Source of the DNA: a virus
IMG/VR virus record: IMGVR_UViG_3300026521_000466
Location: 32,001-96,000 of that record
Length of the DNA stretch: 64,000 nt
Reading direction: 5' to 3' (one strand)
A model generated the notes under the pieces. That model worked only from the letters and a program-made list of their open reading frames with translations, ran no database searches and was not told where the DNA came from. How positions within the stretch are numbered: the first letter of the stretch is position 1; each line of letters opens with the position of its first letter. Both the position numbers and the translations under genes were made by a program. This document shows, piece after piece, positions 9,979 to 19,354 of this stretch.

Positions 9979-12399
9979 TTACACCTCTTCATCCATTTCA
10001 TCATTTTTGTTACCTGTTCCCTCACTAGGTTTTTCTCCAGGAGTACTGTTATCTTCGTTTTCCTCAGGCAATTCATACTCATCCAGTTCATCTAGTTTCT
10101 TATCTGTCTTTTTTACATCTTTGACAGTTTTCTTTTTATAGTTTATAAATGCCTCTTTAGCATTCTCTACAAAGAGTTTATAATCCTCTAATGGTGTACT
10201 GCTTACACCGTCTTCTGTTTTGGTAAACAGAGTAAATAGTTCAGGCATATAGTTGTTCTCAGCCATCCATTGTCTTAGTAGAGCTGCCTTCATGGCATCT
10301 TTGATATCTTCAAGTTTTTCACCTATTGAACCACTTAACTCTTCAGAGATAACATCCGAAGAAAGATGAAGATCGATAACTTTCTCAATATTATCAAGTC
10401 TTGCTTCAAACTGTTTATCCAGCGCATTGTCTTCAAAGTTTTCTATCTTAGGCAATGATATTTTAAATATCTTGATAAACTCATTGATTAGGTATTCCAT
10501 TATGGCGTCGTCATCGATATTATTGTCTTTAAAGAATTGAATTAAAGAATCATCAAGTCTTCCAAGCAACTGTTTGAATCTTTTTTCTAAGATGTCGATT
10601 ACTTTGTTTCGTAGTGTGAAATCATGCTTGATTATTATCTCTGAAAATTCTTTCAGTGCTTTATTGTATGGTTTTTGTTTACGAATATTGTCTCTCGCAA
10701 ACATTAAGTTTTGCGTGTTTATAGTTCCTGCAAAATCAGCATCACTCAATGCACTCTCTGCAATCTCCGGTGCAATCCCTATTTTCATATAGGTAGCTCG
10801 TCTAAGTTCTTCATCGATATCGCTGTCTGGTATTTTAATGTCCATATCCATGACACTTCCTTCGATATCAAAGGTAGGTACATCTTTATGAGTGATGTTT
10901 AAAACCACACCACTATTATGCAACCAATCAGTTACATCAGTTGAGCTAACTAAACCATTTGGCATAGTCATTGATCTGTTTCTATTAATAAAGTTTCTTG
11001 CCTTTGCAATTACTTTATCTATACCTTTAACATCGTCATCAATAGTAATGTCATATTTCTCAAGAGGCAGGACACTTCTTAGATTACCGAATACCCTAGC
11101 GTGTCTAAGTAGAGATCGCAGTGAACTGATACTTGCCAAATCCTCTAGTACTGTTTTACCTGTTCCGTTATCTCTATAGTTTGCAGCCACATACCACAAA
11201 TATTCTTTTGGAATGAATAGTATTTTTGTTTTCTGTTTCTTCAAAGCTCTATTCAGCATAACCAGATAAATACTGTTTAACATTTCTGTATCTACAAGTT
11301 CAGAGAGCTTATTTCCAACTACCATATTTTTCAATTTGTTATCGATGATTGTTGAGGCGATATCATCAAGTTCATTAATGCGGGGCTCTTTTTTTTCATT
11401 TTCTGCCGATTTCTCTTTAGCTTTCTCTATAATAGATCTAGTTAATACTAATGCGTTAGACAAATCATCATTTTCATCTTTTTTCATTCCGTTCATTCTT
11501 GTATAGCTACTACCACTGATAGGCATGTAGTTTTCATCCAAGGTGATCACATACCCTAAATGTTTTTTTGGATCATGTTTATACGATATTGGGGTTACGG
11601 CCTCTGCTGGGATTTGCATTCTAAACGGCCTGCCTTGTGATTTATTCACTTTGGTGGAAAGAGCAAATAGATTTTTTACAGTATCCGTATCAGTTACTCC
11701 ATCTTTAAAGACTGCGTCTAGTATTTTTTTACTCTTTGCCTTGGAAATAGTGTTACTTAGATCATCACCTTCCAAATTTGCATCTAGTGATAGTTCACCT
11801 AGCTTCATTACAGACGGGTCATTAATTGGAGTTATATAATCCCCTACATAATTAAAAAACTCTCGATCGTCGTTGTCTGTTTCTATTTGGTAGTTTTCAG
11901 CAGTTCTATTTATTACCGCACTTTCAAGGTTAGCTGAGCCAGTAGTAAACATTATTTGATCTATCATCTGTTCTGGTAATATTAATTCGCAATATGCTCC
12001 GTCTGTCACCATTGCTGTTTTGATAATATCATAAATTCTCTCTTCTATTTTATAATAGTTTAGAATATCATCTTTAAATGTTTTTAATAGCTCTGTTCTT
12101 GTTTCAGCGTCAAACAGATTTGTATTTTCTGTAGACATCGCTATAGTATCTGTTATTACATCAGTAGGCGCTGTCATACTACTAATAATAATATTAAGTA
12201 TAAACTCTAATTCAGGGAATGTTTCCAATATTTCTCTGCTTATACGTTTTTTATCTCTAGTGAATCTACCGACGATGTTATAATCTATTTTATCTAGGTC
12301 TATTCCATGAGAATTGTCATCTCCATCAGAGATTATTTTATTACTGATATAGTCATGTGTGCCATTCTCAGGCTTTTTTAACGTCTTATCCATTTTCAT
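9979..12399 (-). CDS. Portal protein (phiKZ gp129-like)
   Basis: 806 aa; FPELE..LNIIISS..AP, PKKHLGYVITLDE, YRDNGTGKTVLE, ALLRQWMAENNYMPEL; divergent from the gp128-like gene. Confidence 0.75.
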   Translation of the reverse strand: MKMDKTLKKPENGTHDYISNKIISDGDDNSHGIDLDKIDYNIVGRFTRDKKRISREILETFPELEFILNIIISSMTAPTDVITDTIAMSTENTNLFDAETRTELLKTFKDDILNYYKIEERIYDIIKTAMVTDGAYCELILPEQMIDQIMFTTGSANLESAVINRTAENYQIETDNDDREFFNYVGDYITPINDPSVMKLGELSLDANLEGDDLSNTISKAKSKKILDAVFKDGVTDTDTVKNLFALSTKVNKSQGRPFRMQIPAEAVTPISYKHDPKKHLGYVITLDENYMPISGSSYTRMNGMKKDENDDLSNALVLTRSIIEKAKEKSAENEKKEPRINELDDIASTIIDNKLKNMVVGNKLSELVDTEMLNSIYLVMLNRALKKQKTKILFIPKEYLWYVAANYRDNGTGKTVLEDLASISSLRSLLRHARVFGNLRSVLPLEKYDITIDDDVKGIDKVIAKARNFINRNRSMTMPNGLVSSTDVTDWLHNSGVVLNITHKDVPTFDIEGSVMDMDIKIPDSDIDEELRRATYMKIGIAPEIAESALSDADFAGTINTQNLMFARDNIRKQKPYNKALKEFSEIIIKHDFTLRNKVIDILEKRFKQLLGRLDDSLIQFFKDNNIDDDAIMEYLINEFIKIFKISLPKIENFEDNALDKQFEARLDNIEKVIDLHLSSDVISEELSGSIGEKLEDIKDAMKAALLRQWMAENNYMPELFTLFTKTEDGVSSTPLEDYKLFVENAKEAFINYKKKTVKDVKKTDKKLDELDEYELPEENEDNSTPGEKPSEGTGNKNDEMDEEV

Positions 12400-12419
12400 T
12401 ACCTTTAAGGAGTATAATT

Positions 12420-14390
12420 ATGTATTATATTACATCAAATAATAACGTCGGTCAGATATTTAATCTGGCAAATTCATTAATAATAAAATCTCATGTCATG
12501 GCCGTACACATGAATATTCAACTAGAGAGTAAGATGGGTGTCCAATATGACAGCAATGACTTAAGTACATGGCCATATTATAGAAATTTAGCGGGATTGC
12601 CACATAATGCCAATACAGAAATTGTTGTGAGTTCGATTGATACTGGCACTAATGTTGTTATGGATAATACTTTCAAAAATACACATCCTAAAACATACGC
12701 TAAGTTAATGACGTATGACGTATTCTACGACGCATTAATTAACAAGTATGTTGGTCAAGAGTTATATATAATAGGTATGTTAAACCCAACAGACATCGAT
12801 GTTATTATATCGTCTGAAGATGGGACAATACTGTATTATAATAGAGACTATGTGGAGTATAATGAGCAGTCCCTTATACCAACATTAGAAGTTAATATTA
12901 AAGGGTATATGGCGAGGTGGTTATTTGAAGAGTATATATTGACAGATAATTTATACCTCCCAGGTTTTTGGAAAACTATGGTTGGTTTTATTGTTAAAAA
13001 GATATACAATATACGCCATAGGAACATTATTACCTATGAAGTAAATGAGTATTATAAAACAGTCATTCTAAATTCACATATGAATTTAGGTTTGTTTGCT
13101 TCTGTACTTTCAAAAGATGTAAAGTTATGGCTTGTTAAAAACATTGAATATATTAATTATAATATTGGTAAACACGAGATACTTAAATTAATAGTTGATA
13201 AAATATTTAGGCCTTCTAATATATATGTCGATGAAATAGTGTTGGAAAGAGTAAGGACAGAAAACGTAGAGGGATTGCCAGAGACTGTTACTGATCAGGT
13301 CTATATACGTGATTTTGAAACTGATAAGTCTATAAAATATAATATAGATGATTTAGCATCCATGTATCACAAAGCATATCTTATGAATTCCGATATAGAT
13401 TTAAAAAACATAATTAATGTAGAGGATAAGAGGTTAAGCGAGATAAGAGATATTGAAACGAAAACCAAATATCTGATATTAACTAACCGGTATACAGATA
13501 TTATGTCTCTTATTTACAATGTTGAATTACTCTTTGGCATTATTGTAGTTTCACTGGATACAGATGAGTCTATAAGATTTACTCTAAAGTGTGGCAAAAC
13601 TATATACACTACAAAAAAAGAGTTACTACGCACATTCATCTATCTGCTGTTGAAGTATCATGGTGATTCTGATTTTCATATTGAGAATGTTATTATACAT
13701 AGTATAATTTCTAATACTGCATCTGAATATGGGATAAATTACACACCTATCAGCGATTACCTCAATGTAGTAAAGTCAAATATAGATACAATACTTCAAG
13801 AAGAGAGTGATTTTGTAAAGCAACAACATGAAATATATAAATACTTACAAACAGAGAGAAGTAACTTACCAGATGATTTTTTTAGATTTGAATTTGATAG
13901 GTTTGTACATAGTATAAGAGATGAAAGTATTATTAATATCGATGTGAATAATAACCTAAGTAATGATTTATTATCAACTGTTATTACATTTGAACAACTA
14001 TTTGAAGCTATATGTGAGATAATGAATATCAGTATTCCCGATAATGATCGAGCAGATATGTTCAAAAATATAATGGATAGATTAACATCGTATACAATTA
14101 ATGCGGTGGTAGCAAATAATACATCTGATGCATTTATACCAGATCATACAATGAAATTAGAAGGACCAACTATAGCTACTATAGATGGGGCTACATTAGA
14201 TTGTAGAGGAGCTGTCGCAGAGCCTACTCCTATGGCTGATACTAGGAAGGCAGTAATAAGAAGAGGCAATAACGATATATTGTTTATAGAAGATATGGAA
14301 GCCCCTATATTCTTTACAAGGGCAGTAAAGGGAAGTACTCGCATAGTAAAAGATAGAATGCTAATAGACATAATAGATGCAGGGGATTAA
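12420..14390 (+). CDS. Virion structural protein (phiKZ gp128-like)
   Basis: TWPYYRNLAG..H, V.SIDT, NIGK, LTSYTI motifs; start moved to the ATG at 12420 behind AAGGAG. Confidence 0.65.
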   Translation: MYYITSNNNVGQIFNLANSLIIKSHVMAVHMNIQLESKMGVQYDSNDLSTWPYYRNLAGLPHNANTEIVVSSIDTGTNVVMDNTFKNTHPKTYAKLMTYDVFYDALINKYVGQELYIIGMLNPTDIDVIISSEDGTILYYNRDYVEYNEQSLIPTLEVNIKGYMARWLFEEYILTDNLYLPGFWKTMVGFIVKKIYNIRHRNIITYEVNEYYKTVILNSHMNLGLFASVLSKDVKLWLVKNIEYINYNIGKHEILKLIVDKIFRPSNIYVDEIVLERVRTENVEGLPETVTDQVYIRDFETDKSIKYNIDDLASMYHKAYLMNSDIDLKNIINVEDKRLSEIRDIETKTKYLILTNRYTDIMSLIYNVELLFGIIVVSLDTDESIRFTLKCGKTIYTTKKELLRTFIYLLLKYHGDSDFHIENVIIHSIISNTASEYGINYTPISDYLNVVKSNIDTILQEESDFVKQQHEIYKYLQTERSNLPDDFFRFEFDRFVHSIRDESIINIDVNNNLSNDLLSTVITFEQLFEAICEIMNISIPDNDRADMFKNIMDRLTSYTINAVVANNTSDAFIPDHTMKLEGPTIATIDGATLDCRGAVAEPTPMADTRKAVIRRGNNDILFIEDMEAPIFFTRAVKGSTRIVKDRMLIDIIDAGD

Positions 14391-14404
14391 ACCCCGGCAT
14401 CTAT
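14373..14404. terminator. Inverted repeat at convergent junction
   Basis: atagatgcagggg/ccccggcatctat (one mismatch), with overlapping stops in the loop. Confidence 0.6.
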
Positions 14405-15046
14405 ATGTATTGCTTTCATGTATGCTTTTAACGTTTTCCCTATTTGGGTTTTATCCATAAACGGTTTCAGTTCTTGTTGGTTGACTTTGCCTTTTTTCAT
14501 AAGCATTCCTTTGAATGCATTTGAAGCACTTACATCACCGCCTCTAATTCCGAGTAGTTCTTTTAGAGAAACATCCATACCAATAGATTTCAGTATTTGC
14601 GTCTCCATATTTGAAAGTTCCCCACTTTTGCTATCACCTGCCACTTGGCCGGTGATGGTATTTCTTACCTTAGTGTTTTTATGCACTGTAAAGTTCTTCA
14701 TAATGTGTTGAGCAGCTAATCTTACCGGGAGTTCCAATATCTGATATTTGATATCAGGGGTAAATACATTTTCACCATCAGTAATGGTTAGTTTTTGATA
14801 TATATCTATTTTTAACTCTTTCAGTATCTTTCTGTTTCTGTTGGCATCTAACTTTATTTTAGGATGACCTTCTGGAGCGATTATGGTTAATGTACTTTTA
14901 CCATCTTTAATATCTTGTCTAAGTTGTTCAAACTCTTTATTGGAGAGTCCTTTAAAGAACTCTTCATATATTTTTTTATTTTCTCCGCTCGGGTCTATCT
15001 TTTGTATATATTTAAGAATAAACGACTCTGCTTTTTTTCTATCCAT
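14387..15046 (-). CDS. Virion RNA polymerase beta-subunit C-terminal fragment (phiKZ gp149-like)
   Basis: TGQVAGDSKSGELSNMETQIL...ELLGIRGGD corresponds to the RNAP beta C-terminal conserved region. Confidence 0.8.
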   Translation of the reverse strand: MDRKKAESFILKYIQKIDPSGENKKIYEEFFKGLSNKEFEQLRQDIKDGKSTLTIIAPEGHPKIKLDANRNRKILKELKIDIYQKLTITDGENVFTPDIKYQILELPVRLAAQHIMKNFTVHKNTKVRNTITGQVAGDSKSGELSNMETQILKSIGMDVSLKELLGIRGGDVSASNAFKGMLMKKGKVNQQELKPFMDKTQIGKTLKAYMKAIHIDAGV

Positions 15047-15312
15047 TATAAGTCCTTTAGGATATCATCCACCTCTTTTTCTGCTAATGCTATGTCTCTG
15101 TCAGCTTCTGCTACGGCTTGTTCTGTCTCTTCATCAATGCGGTCATTCACTCGCTGTGAATTAAATGTGGCGACTACATTGGTTTTTATACCTATGTAGT
15201 CTGTAATGGTTGTGTGTTTAGGCTGTTCTTTATACATTGGTTGTTTTACACATGCGGTAAATAGAGAAACAGTAAAAACAGCTATTGTAGATTTTACACT
15301 ATTCATTCTCAT
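15046..15312 (-). CDS. Small putative lipoprotein
   Basis: Signal peptide ending in a lipobox-like LFTAC. Confidence 0.55.
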   Translation of the reverse strand: MRMNSVKSTIAVFTVSLFTACVKQPMYKEQPKHTTITDYIGIKTNVVATFNSQRVNDRIDEETEQAVAEADRDIALAEKEVDDILKDL

Positions 15313-15321
15313 TAAGCACTC

Positions 15322-16032
15322 CTAGAAAATGAGTGGTATAAGTAATTCATCTGGAGACCCTGACTTAAGCGAACTTACTTTTTTTGTATCAATGCCTGTA
15401 GTAACAATCGTTACGTAGTTAATATCGTCTCCGAAACTCAGTGCATCTGAGATAACAGCCCACTCAATGATCTGTGAGTGTGTTGCATTTACATTCAGTG
15501 TGTCACTGATCATCATCTCGTAATTATATCCATTTCCTGCACTCAAGCCTCTGGAGATCATTGTTACTGTTGTAACTGGGTCATCTGTAGTGTCTGGTTC
15601 TGGTAAATCATATGCTGTAGATTCAGTGTTGCCATAGAGTGAGTCAGACACTCTTAATCCAAGTATATACCCTGTTACAGACACTCCATCTTCAAACATA
15701 TTTGGATCAGGGAGCATGAACAGTGCTTTATTTGTTTTATCGTAATAAATATATGCTTCTGCTTTTTTGATATATGATGCTACTACAGTAATGAATGTAA
15801 ATCTATCTGAATCATCTTCACCAACTACCGTTAATATTGGCACCACAATAGAATTTAATTTATTTTTATCGTAAAGTTCTTCGGATAGAGCGTAATCTCT
15901 ATCTGCGTTGTCATTTCTTTTCTGCGCACCAAATGATTTAGGTACGTGAACTAAGGGCATCCCTCCGTCTAAGTTTAATGTGACGTTGCTTGTCACATTG
16001 CCGTCAATGTCTACATTCAATATGAGTTCCAT
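15322..16032 (-). CDS. Hypothetical, possibly virion, protein
   Basis: 236 aa, translationally coupled. Confidence 0.75.
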   Translation of the reverse strand: MELILNVDIDGNVTSNVTLNLDGGMPLVHVPKSFGAQKRNDNADRDYALSEELYDKNKLNSIVVPILTVVGEDDSDRFTFITVVASYIKKAEAYIYYDKTNKALFMLPDPNMFEDGVSVTGYILGLRVSDSLYGNTESTAYDLPEPDTTDDPVTTVTMISRGLSAGNGYNYEMMISDTLNVNATHSQIIEWAVISDALSFGDDINYVTIVTTGIDTKKVSSLKSGSPDELLIPLIF

Positions 16033-16340
16033 TAGAATCCTTTGCTTATAAGTATTTGAATAATCTCATCTAATCTCCGTTTAAACATATCTATTCCGAC
16101 ATCGTCCATTAGTAATAGAGATAATCTGCTATCAATAGTAGCATTATGGATATTCAGCAGGCAATGGAATGCATAAGTGATTGATACAATACCAACCTGT
16201 TCCTGTATGCTAAATATCATGTCCTCTTTTTTTATTATGTAATTAAGTCTGGTAGACTCTTTTTCATATTGCTTGTTGATAATAGTCTTGCTCTCCTCGC
16301 TAAGTGGAGAACAATCTATCAATGATAAAATCTCATCCAT
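16032..16340 (-). CDS. Hypothetical protein
   Basis: 102 aa, coupled between uvsX and the next gene. Confidence 0.7.
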   Translation of the reverse strand: MDEILSLIDCSPLSEESKTIINKQYEKESTRLNYIIKKEDMIFSIQEQVGIVSITYAFHCLLNIHNATIDSRLSLLLMDDVGIDMFKRRLDEIIQILISKGF

Positions 16341-16341
16341 G

Positions 16342-17781
16342 TCATTTTCCTCTCTTTCTATCTTTTAAAAATTCTTCTTGTTTCCAGTAAGGTGTATATT
16401 TACCATGGTACATATTGAACAGATCTATGACAGACAATACATTAGGTGTATCGTCATCATACATACGAATTGTGTAATCATTCTCTGTAGTGAGTATTTC
16501 ATCCCAATCATACCCTTTTGCAATCAATCCTTCATAAAGCTCTTTAGGCTCTACATAGAGTCCTGTTTTAACAACAAATGGGTGATACTGTTTAACTTGT
16601 AGTATGTCGTGTCCTATCTCCAATGCCCTGTGTAGTTTTTTGTTTTTAGCTACTAAGTCACGGACTGTATTTTTACTCATCTTTACACCTGGTAAAAAAA
16701 CACTTTCATGGAAACGATCATTTCCTTCCATAGAGAATTTACCCTCTTCTTTCAAATTTAAGTAGTAACTAAATCCTTCCAAGACACCTTCAGATTGTGA
16801 TACCGCAACATCAATCTTGCAACCTGTAGGACCTGTCTTGTTTCGTAGAGCTTCTAATGTTACCAAGTTCAGGTCAGTTTCTGATTTTGAACCGAATTCA
16901 CTTGCATATTCAGGCTCTTTATCTTTGTTCTTTAATACTTTCAGTCTCACTACTTTCCAAAGCACTTTTGTTAAGTAGTAGAATTCAGGACCTACTTTTT
17001 TTAACTCCTCATTTTCTTTTAATGCAGATAGTTTCTTCATAGGTTTGCTGTATTTATTTTCATCCATAGTGCTTCGCACGCCTATATGGGCAGTAGTAAA
17101 GAAATACATGTTGTATTTTTGTGCCAGTACAGTGATACGACTCAACGCTTTTGTTTTAAACCCTCCAGCTTTCATAAATATCATATTGGTGGAGCCGTCT
17201 TCGCCTTTAGCCTTATCCATCATCTCTTCTGTAACTAATGGTTCAAACTTACTATATGAATCTATTATAGACATTGTTGGCGGGTAGTGTTGGTATACTT
17301 TACCATTCTTTTGAAACATGGGATATTTTATCTTTGGACTCTTGGCGATCTCTTTAGTATAATCCGTTACTATTTTCCACCATTGATCTCCAGCCATCAT
17401 AGATTTATCTGTTAATGACACTATACCTTCATCCTCCTCATCTTCATCAATGAATGGTTGAGGTAAATGCGGATACTTTTCCGCCAGTGAATTCAGTCTG
17501 GGAACACTGACGTTGTTTTCACTATCATAGTAGATGCAGTATGGCATAGTTGATGTTGCTATGGTATCCATGGCTTTCATTGCCAAATGTTGTATGATTA
17601 CAGATTTAAACGAGTTTCCTGGACCAGTCACTGCTGTTAAGGTATTGACTCCGCCGTTTAGAATAGTTTCGTCATATGGTCCTTTTACCCATACTCCTGT
17701 AGGTATATCGAACCCTGTTGACACATTGATAGAATATACTTTCTTAGGTTTTTCCAAATTTAACTTAGGTCTTCCTGACAT
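16342..17781 (-). CDS. uvsX: UvsX/RecA-like recombinase (phiKZ gp152-like)
   Basis: Walker A GPGNSFKS, YDSE, Walker B SIIDS, LRNKTGPTG, VSQSEGV. Confidence 0.85.
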   Translation of the reverse strand: MSGRPKLNLEKPKKVYSINVSTGFDIPTGVWVKGPYDETILNGGVNTLTAVTGPGNSFKSVIIQHLAMKAMDTIATSTMPYCIYYDSENNVSVPRLNSLAEKYPHLPQPFIDEDEEDEGIVSLTDKSMMAGDQWWKIVTDYTKEIAKSPKIKYPMFQKNGKVYQHYPPTMSIIDSYSKFEPLVTEEMMDKAKGEDGSTNMIFMKAGGFKTKALSRITVLAQKYNMYFFTTAHIGVRSTMDENKYSKPMKKLSALKENEELKKVGPEFYYLTKVLWKVVRLKVLKNKDKEPEYASEFGSKSETDLNLVTLEALRNKTGPTGCKIDVAVSQSEGVLEGFSYYLNLKEEGKFSMEGNDRFHESVFLPGVKMSKNTVRDLVAKNKKLHRALEIGHDILQVKQYHPFVVKTGLYVEPKELYEGLIAKGYDWDEILTTENDYTIRMYDDDTPNVLSVIDLFNMYHGKYTPYWKQEEFLKDRKRGK

Positions 17782-17888
17782 ATTACTTCCTTTTAATTGT
17801 TCTCATTATAAAAACATCATTGATAAATATTTGATTTTTTGTTACTCGTATATTGCGAATTATATACTCTTAAACATTTAAAATGTGG

Positions 17889-17918
17889 TAGTCTGTATGG
17901 CATATGCCATACAGACTA
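17889..17918 (-). terminator. Perfect 30-bp palindrome overlapping the dUTPase stop
   Basis: tagtctgtatggcat|atgccatacagacta. Confidence 0.65.
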
Positions 17919-18665
17919 TACTACCATGTCATGATAAGTATCATGCAATGCATTATACATATTATCAAATGTCAACTCATCATGTAGTAACAAGTGTTCT
18001 TTAATTTCATTCATTACTACATTATCTTCTACTTCACCCCATTGTTTTACATATGTTCCATCTTGATATCCATTATTAAGCCTCAAGTAGTTCAATGCAT
18101 TCTTTGAAATGTATAACTCATATATTTCGTTCCATTCCATATTGAGGTATGACATCATCACCATTAATACAGACATACTATTTCGAGCTGCCTCAGCCTG
18201 ACTATGTTGTATTACTGCATTGTTAAGAGCTAGAATATGAAATATAAAATTATTTAGTAGCACCCGTACTTTAAAGATATCGAATTCTTTACCCTCTATC
18301 ACATACTCATCATTCTTAGTCTCACCATTGTACTTAAAGGTTACAACTATGTCATCAAACAAACCGGTCAGTGTTTCATGCTTGAAATCTCTTATTTTCA
18401 TAACATATATGATAAGAGAGATGACAAAGTGTAGTAGATCAATTAGTTCCACCTTAGCGTTTTCAAAATCATCACCGCTGTATTTCCAATGTTTCCAGTC
18501 AAAGCTATCTATGAATTCGGCTGCCTCTACAAGGATGGCAGTATCATATGCGATAGGTTTGCCTGTTTTACATATCCCTTTTAACCAATCTTCTCCGCAA
18601 GTTGCGGCATTCAGTTTACTCTGCACTTCAAACAACGAATAGAGCTGTTTCTTGTTTATTCTCAT
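17916..18665 (-). CDS. dut: Dimeric (all-alpha) dUTPase, Campylobacter type
   Basis: EAAEFIDSFDWKHWK, KVELIDLLHF, KNALNYLRLNNGYQDGTYVKQWGEVEDN motifs. Confidence 0.9.
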   Translation of the reverse strand: MRINKKQLYSLFEVQSKLNAATCGEDWLKGICKTGKPIAYDTAILVEAAEFIDSFDWKHWKYSGDDFENAKVELIDLLHFVISLIIYVMKIRDFKHETLTGLFDDIVVTFKYNGETKNDEYVIEGKEFDIFKVRVLLNNFIFHILALNNAVIQHSQAEAARNSMSVLMVMMSYLNMEWNEIYELYISKNALNYLRLNNGYQDGTYVKQWGEVEDNVVMNEIKEHLLLHDELTFDNMYNALHDTYHDMVV

Positions 18666-18751
18666 ATTGATCCTTTACTATTTGATTCTTTAAATTATAT
18701 CAGAATAAAAAAATAGACCTATTAACTGAACTAAATTTCAAAGGTTATGTT

Positions 18752-19327
18752 ATGGCAATATTTAGAATTTTATACCATGAGGATATAAATATTCTTCATA
18801 AGAGTTTTAAAAACTCCAAAGTAAGAGTATATCCTATATCCTACAATGGCGAAGTTATATCGAAGGTCCTAGGCGACCTCCTAAAAGATAAAGTTTATAA
18901 GTCTATTTATAAAGAGACTACTATCTCTCATAGGGTCACTAGGAAGAAAGAGCGAGAAGAGGCATTGGAAAAAACCACTATTATACAGTTGCAGGATGGT
19001 GGGATACATACATATTATAATAATGTGCGGTATACAGTATTTCTTCCTATACATAAAAAGAGCACACGACTATCTTATTTAAAAGCTCCATTGATGCATC
19101 TGTTAACTAAAGCAAAAGAATATAATTCAATAGCTATATCCTTCCCTCTTTATGGAGACGCATTCAGTACGATAAAGATAAAAGATATATTGGACTTGTT
19201 GATTACTTATAGAGATAGATATCCTGCATTTTTTAATCTCTTTATCTTAAAGAAAGAGTTGCCTAAAGTCCAGAAGATATTGAAAAAACATAATATTATA
19301 TTTGATCTAAAAGAGATAAAACCGTAG
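18752..19327 (+). CDS. Basic hypothetical protein (weakly macrodomain-like)
   Basis: 191 aa; SIAISFPLYG resembles a macrodomain motif. Confidence 0.6.
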   Translation: MAIFRILYHEDINILHKSFKNSKVRVYPISYNGEVISKVLGDLLKDKVYKSIYKETTISHRVTRKKEREEALEKTTIIQLQDGGIHTYYNNVRYTVFLPIHKKSTRLSYLKAPLMHLLTKAKEYNSIAISFPLYGDAFSTIKIKDILDLLITYRDRYPAFFNLFILKKELPKVQKILKKHNIIFDLKEIKP

Positions 19328-19354
19328 ACTACAGTGGAGTTCCACTGTAGTCTA
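19325..19354. terminator. Inverted repeat at convergent junction
   Basis: tagactacagtgga-gt-tccactgtagtcta; the arms begin and end with the two stop codons. Confidence 0.7.
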
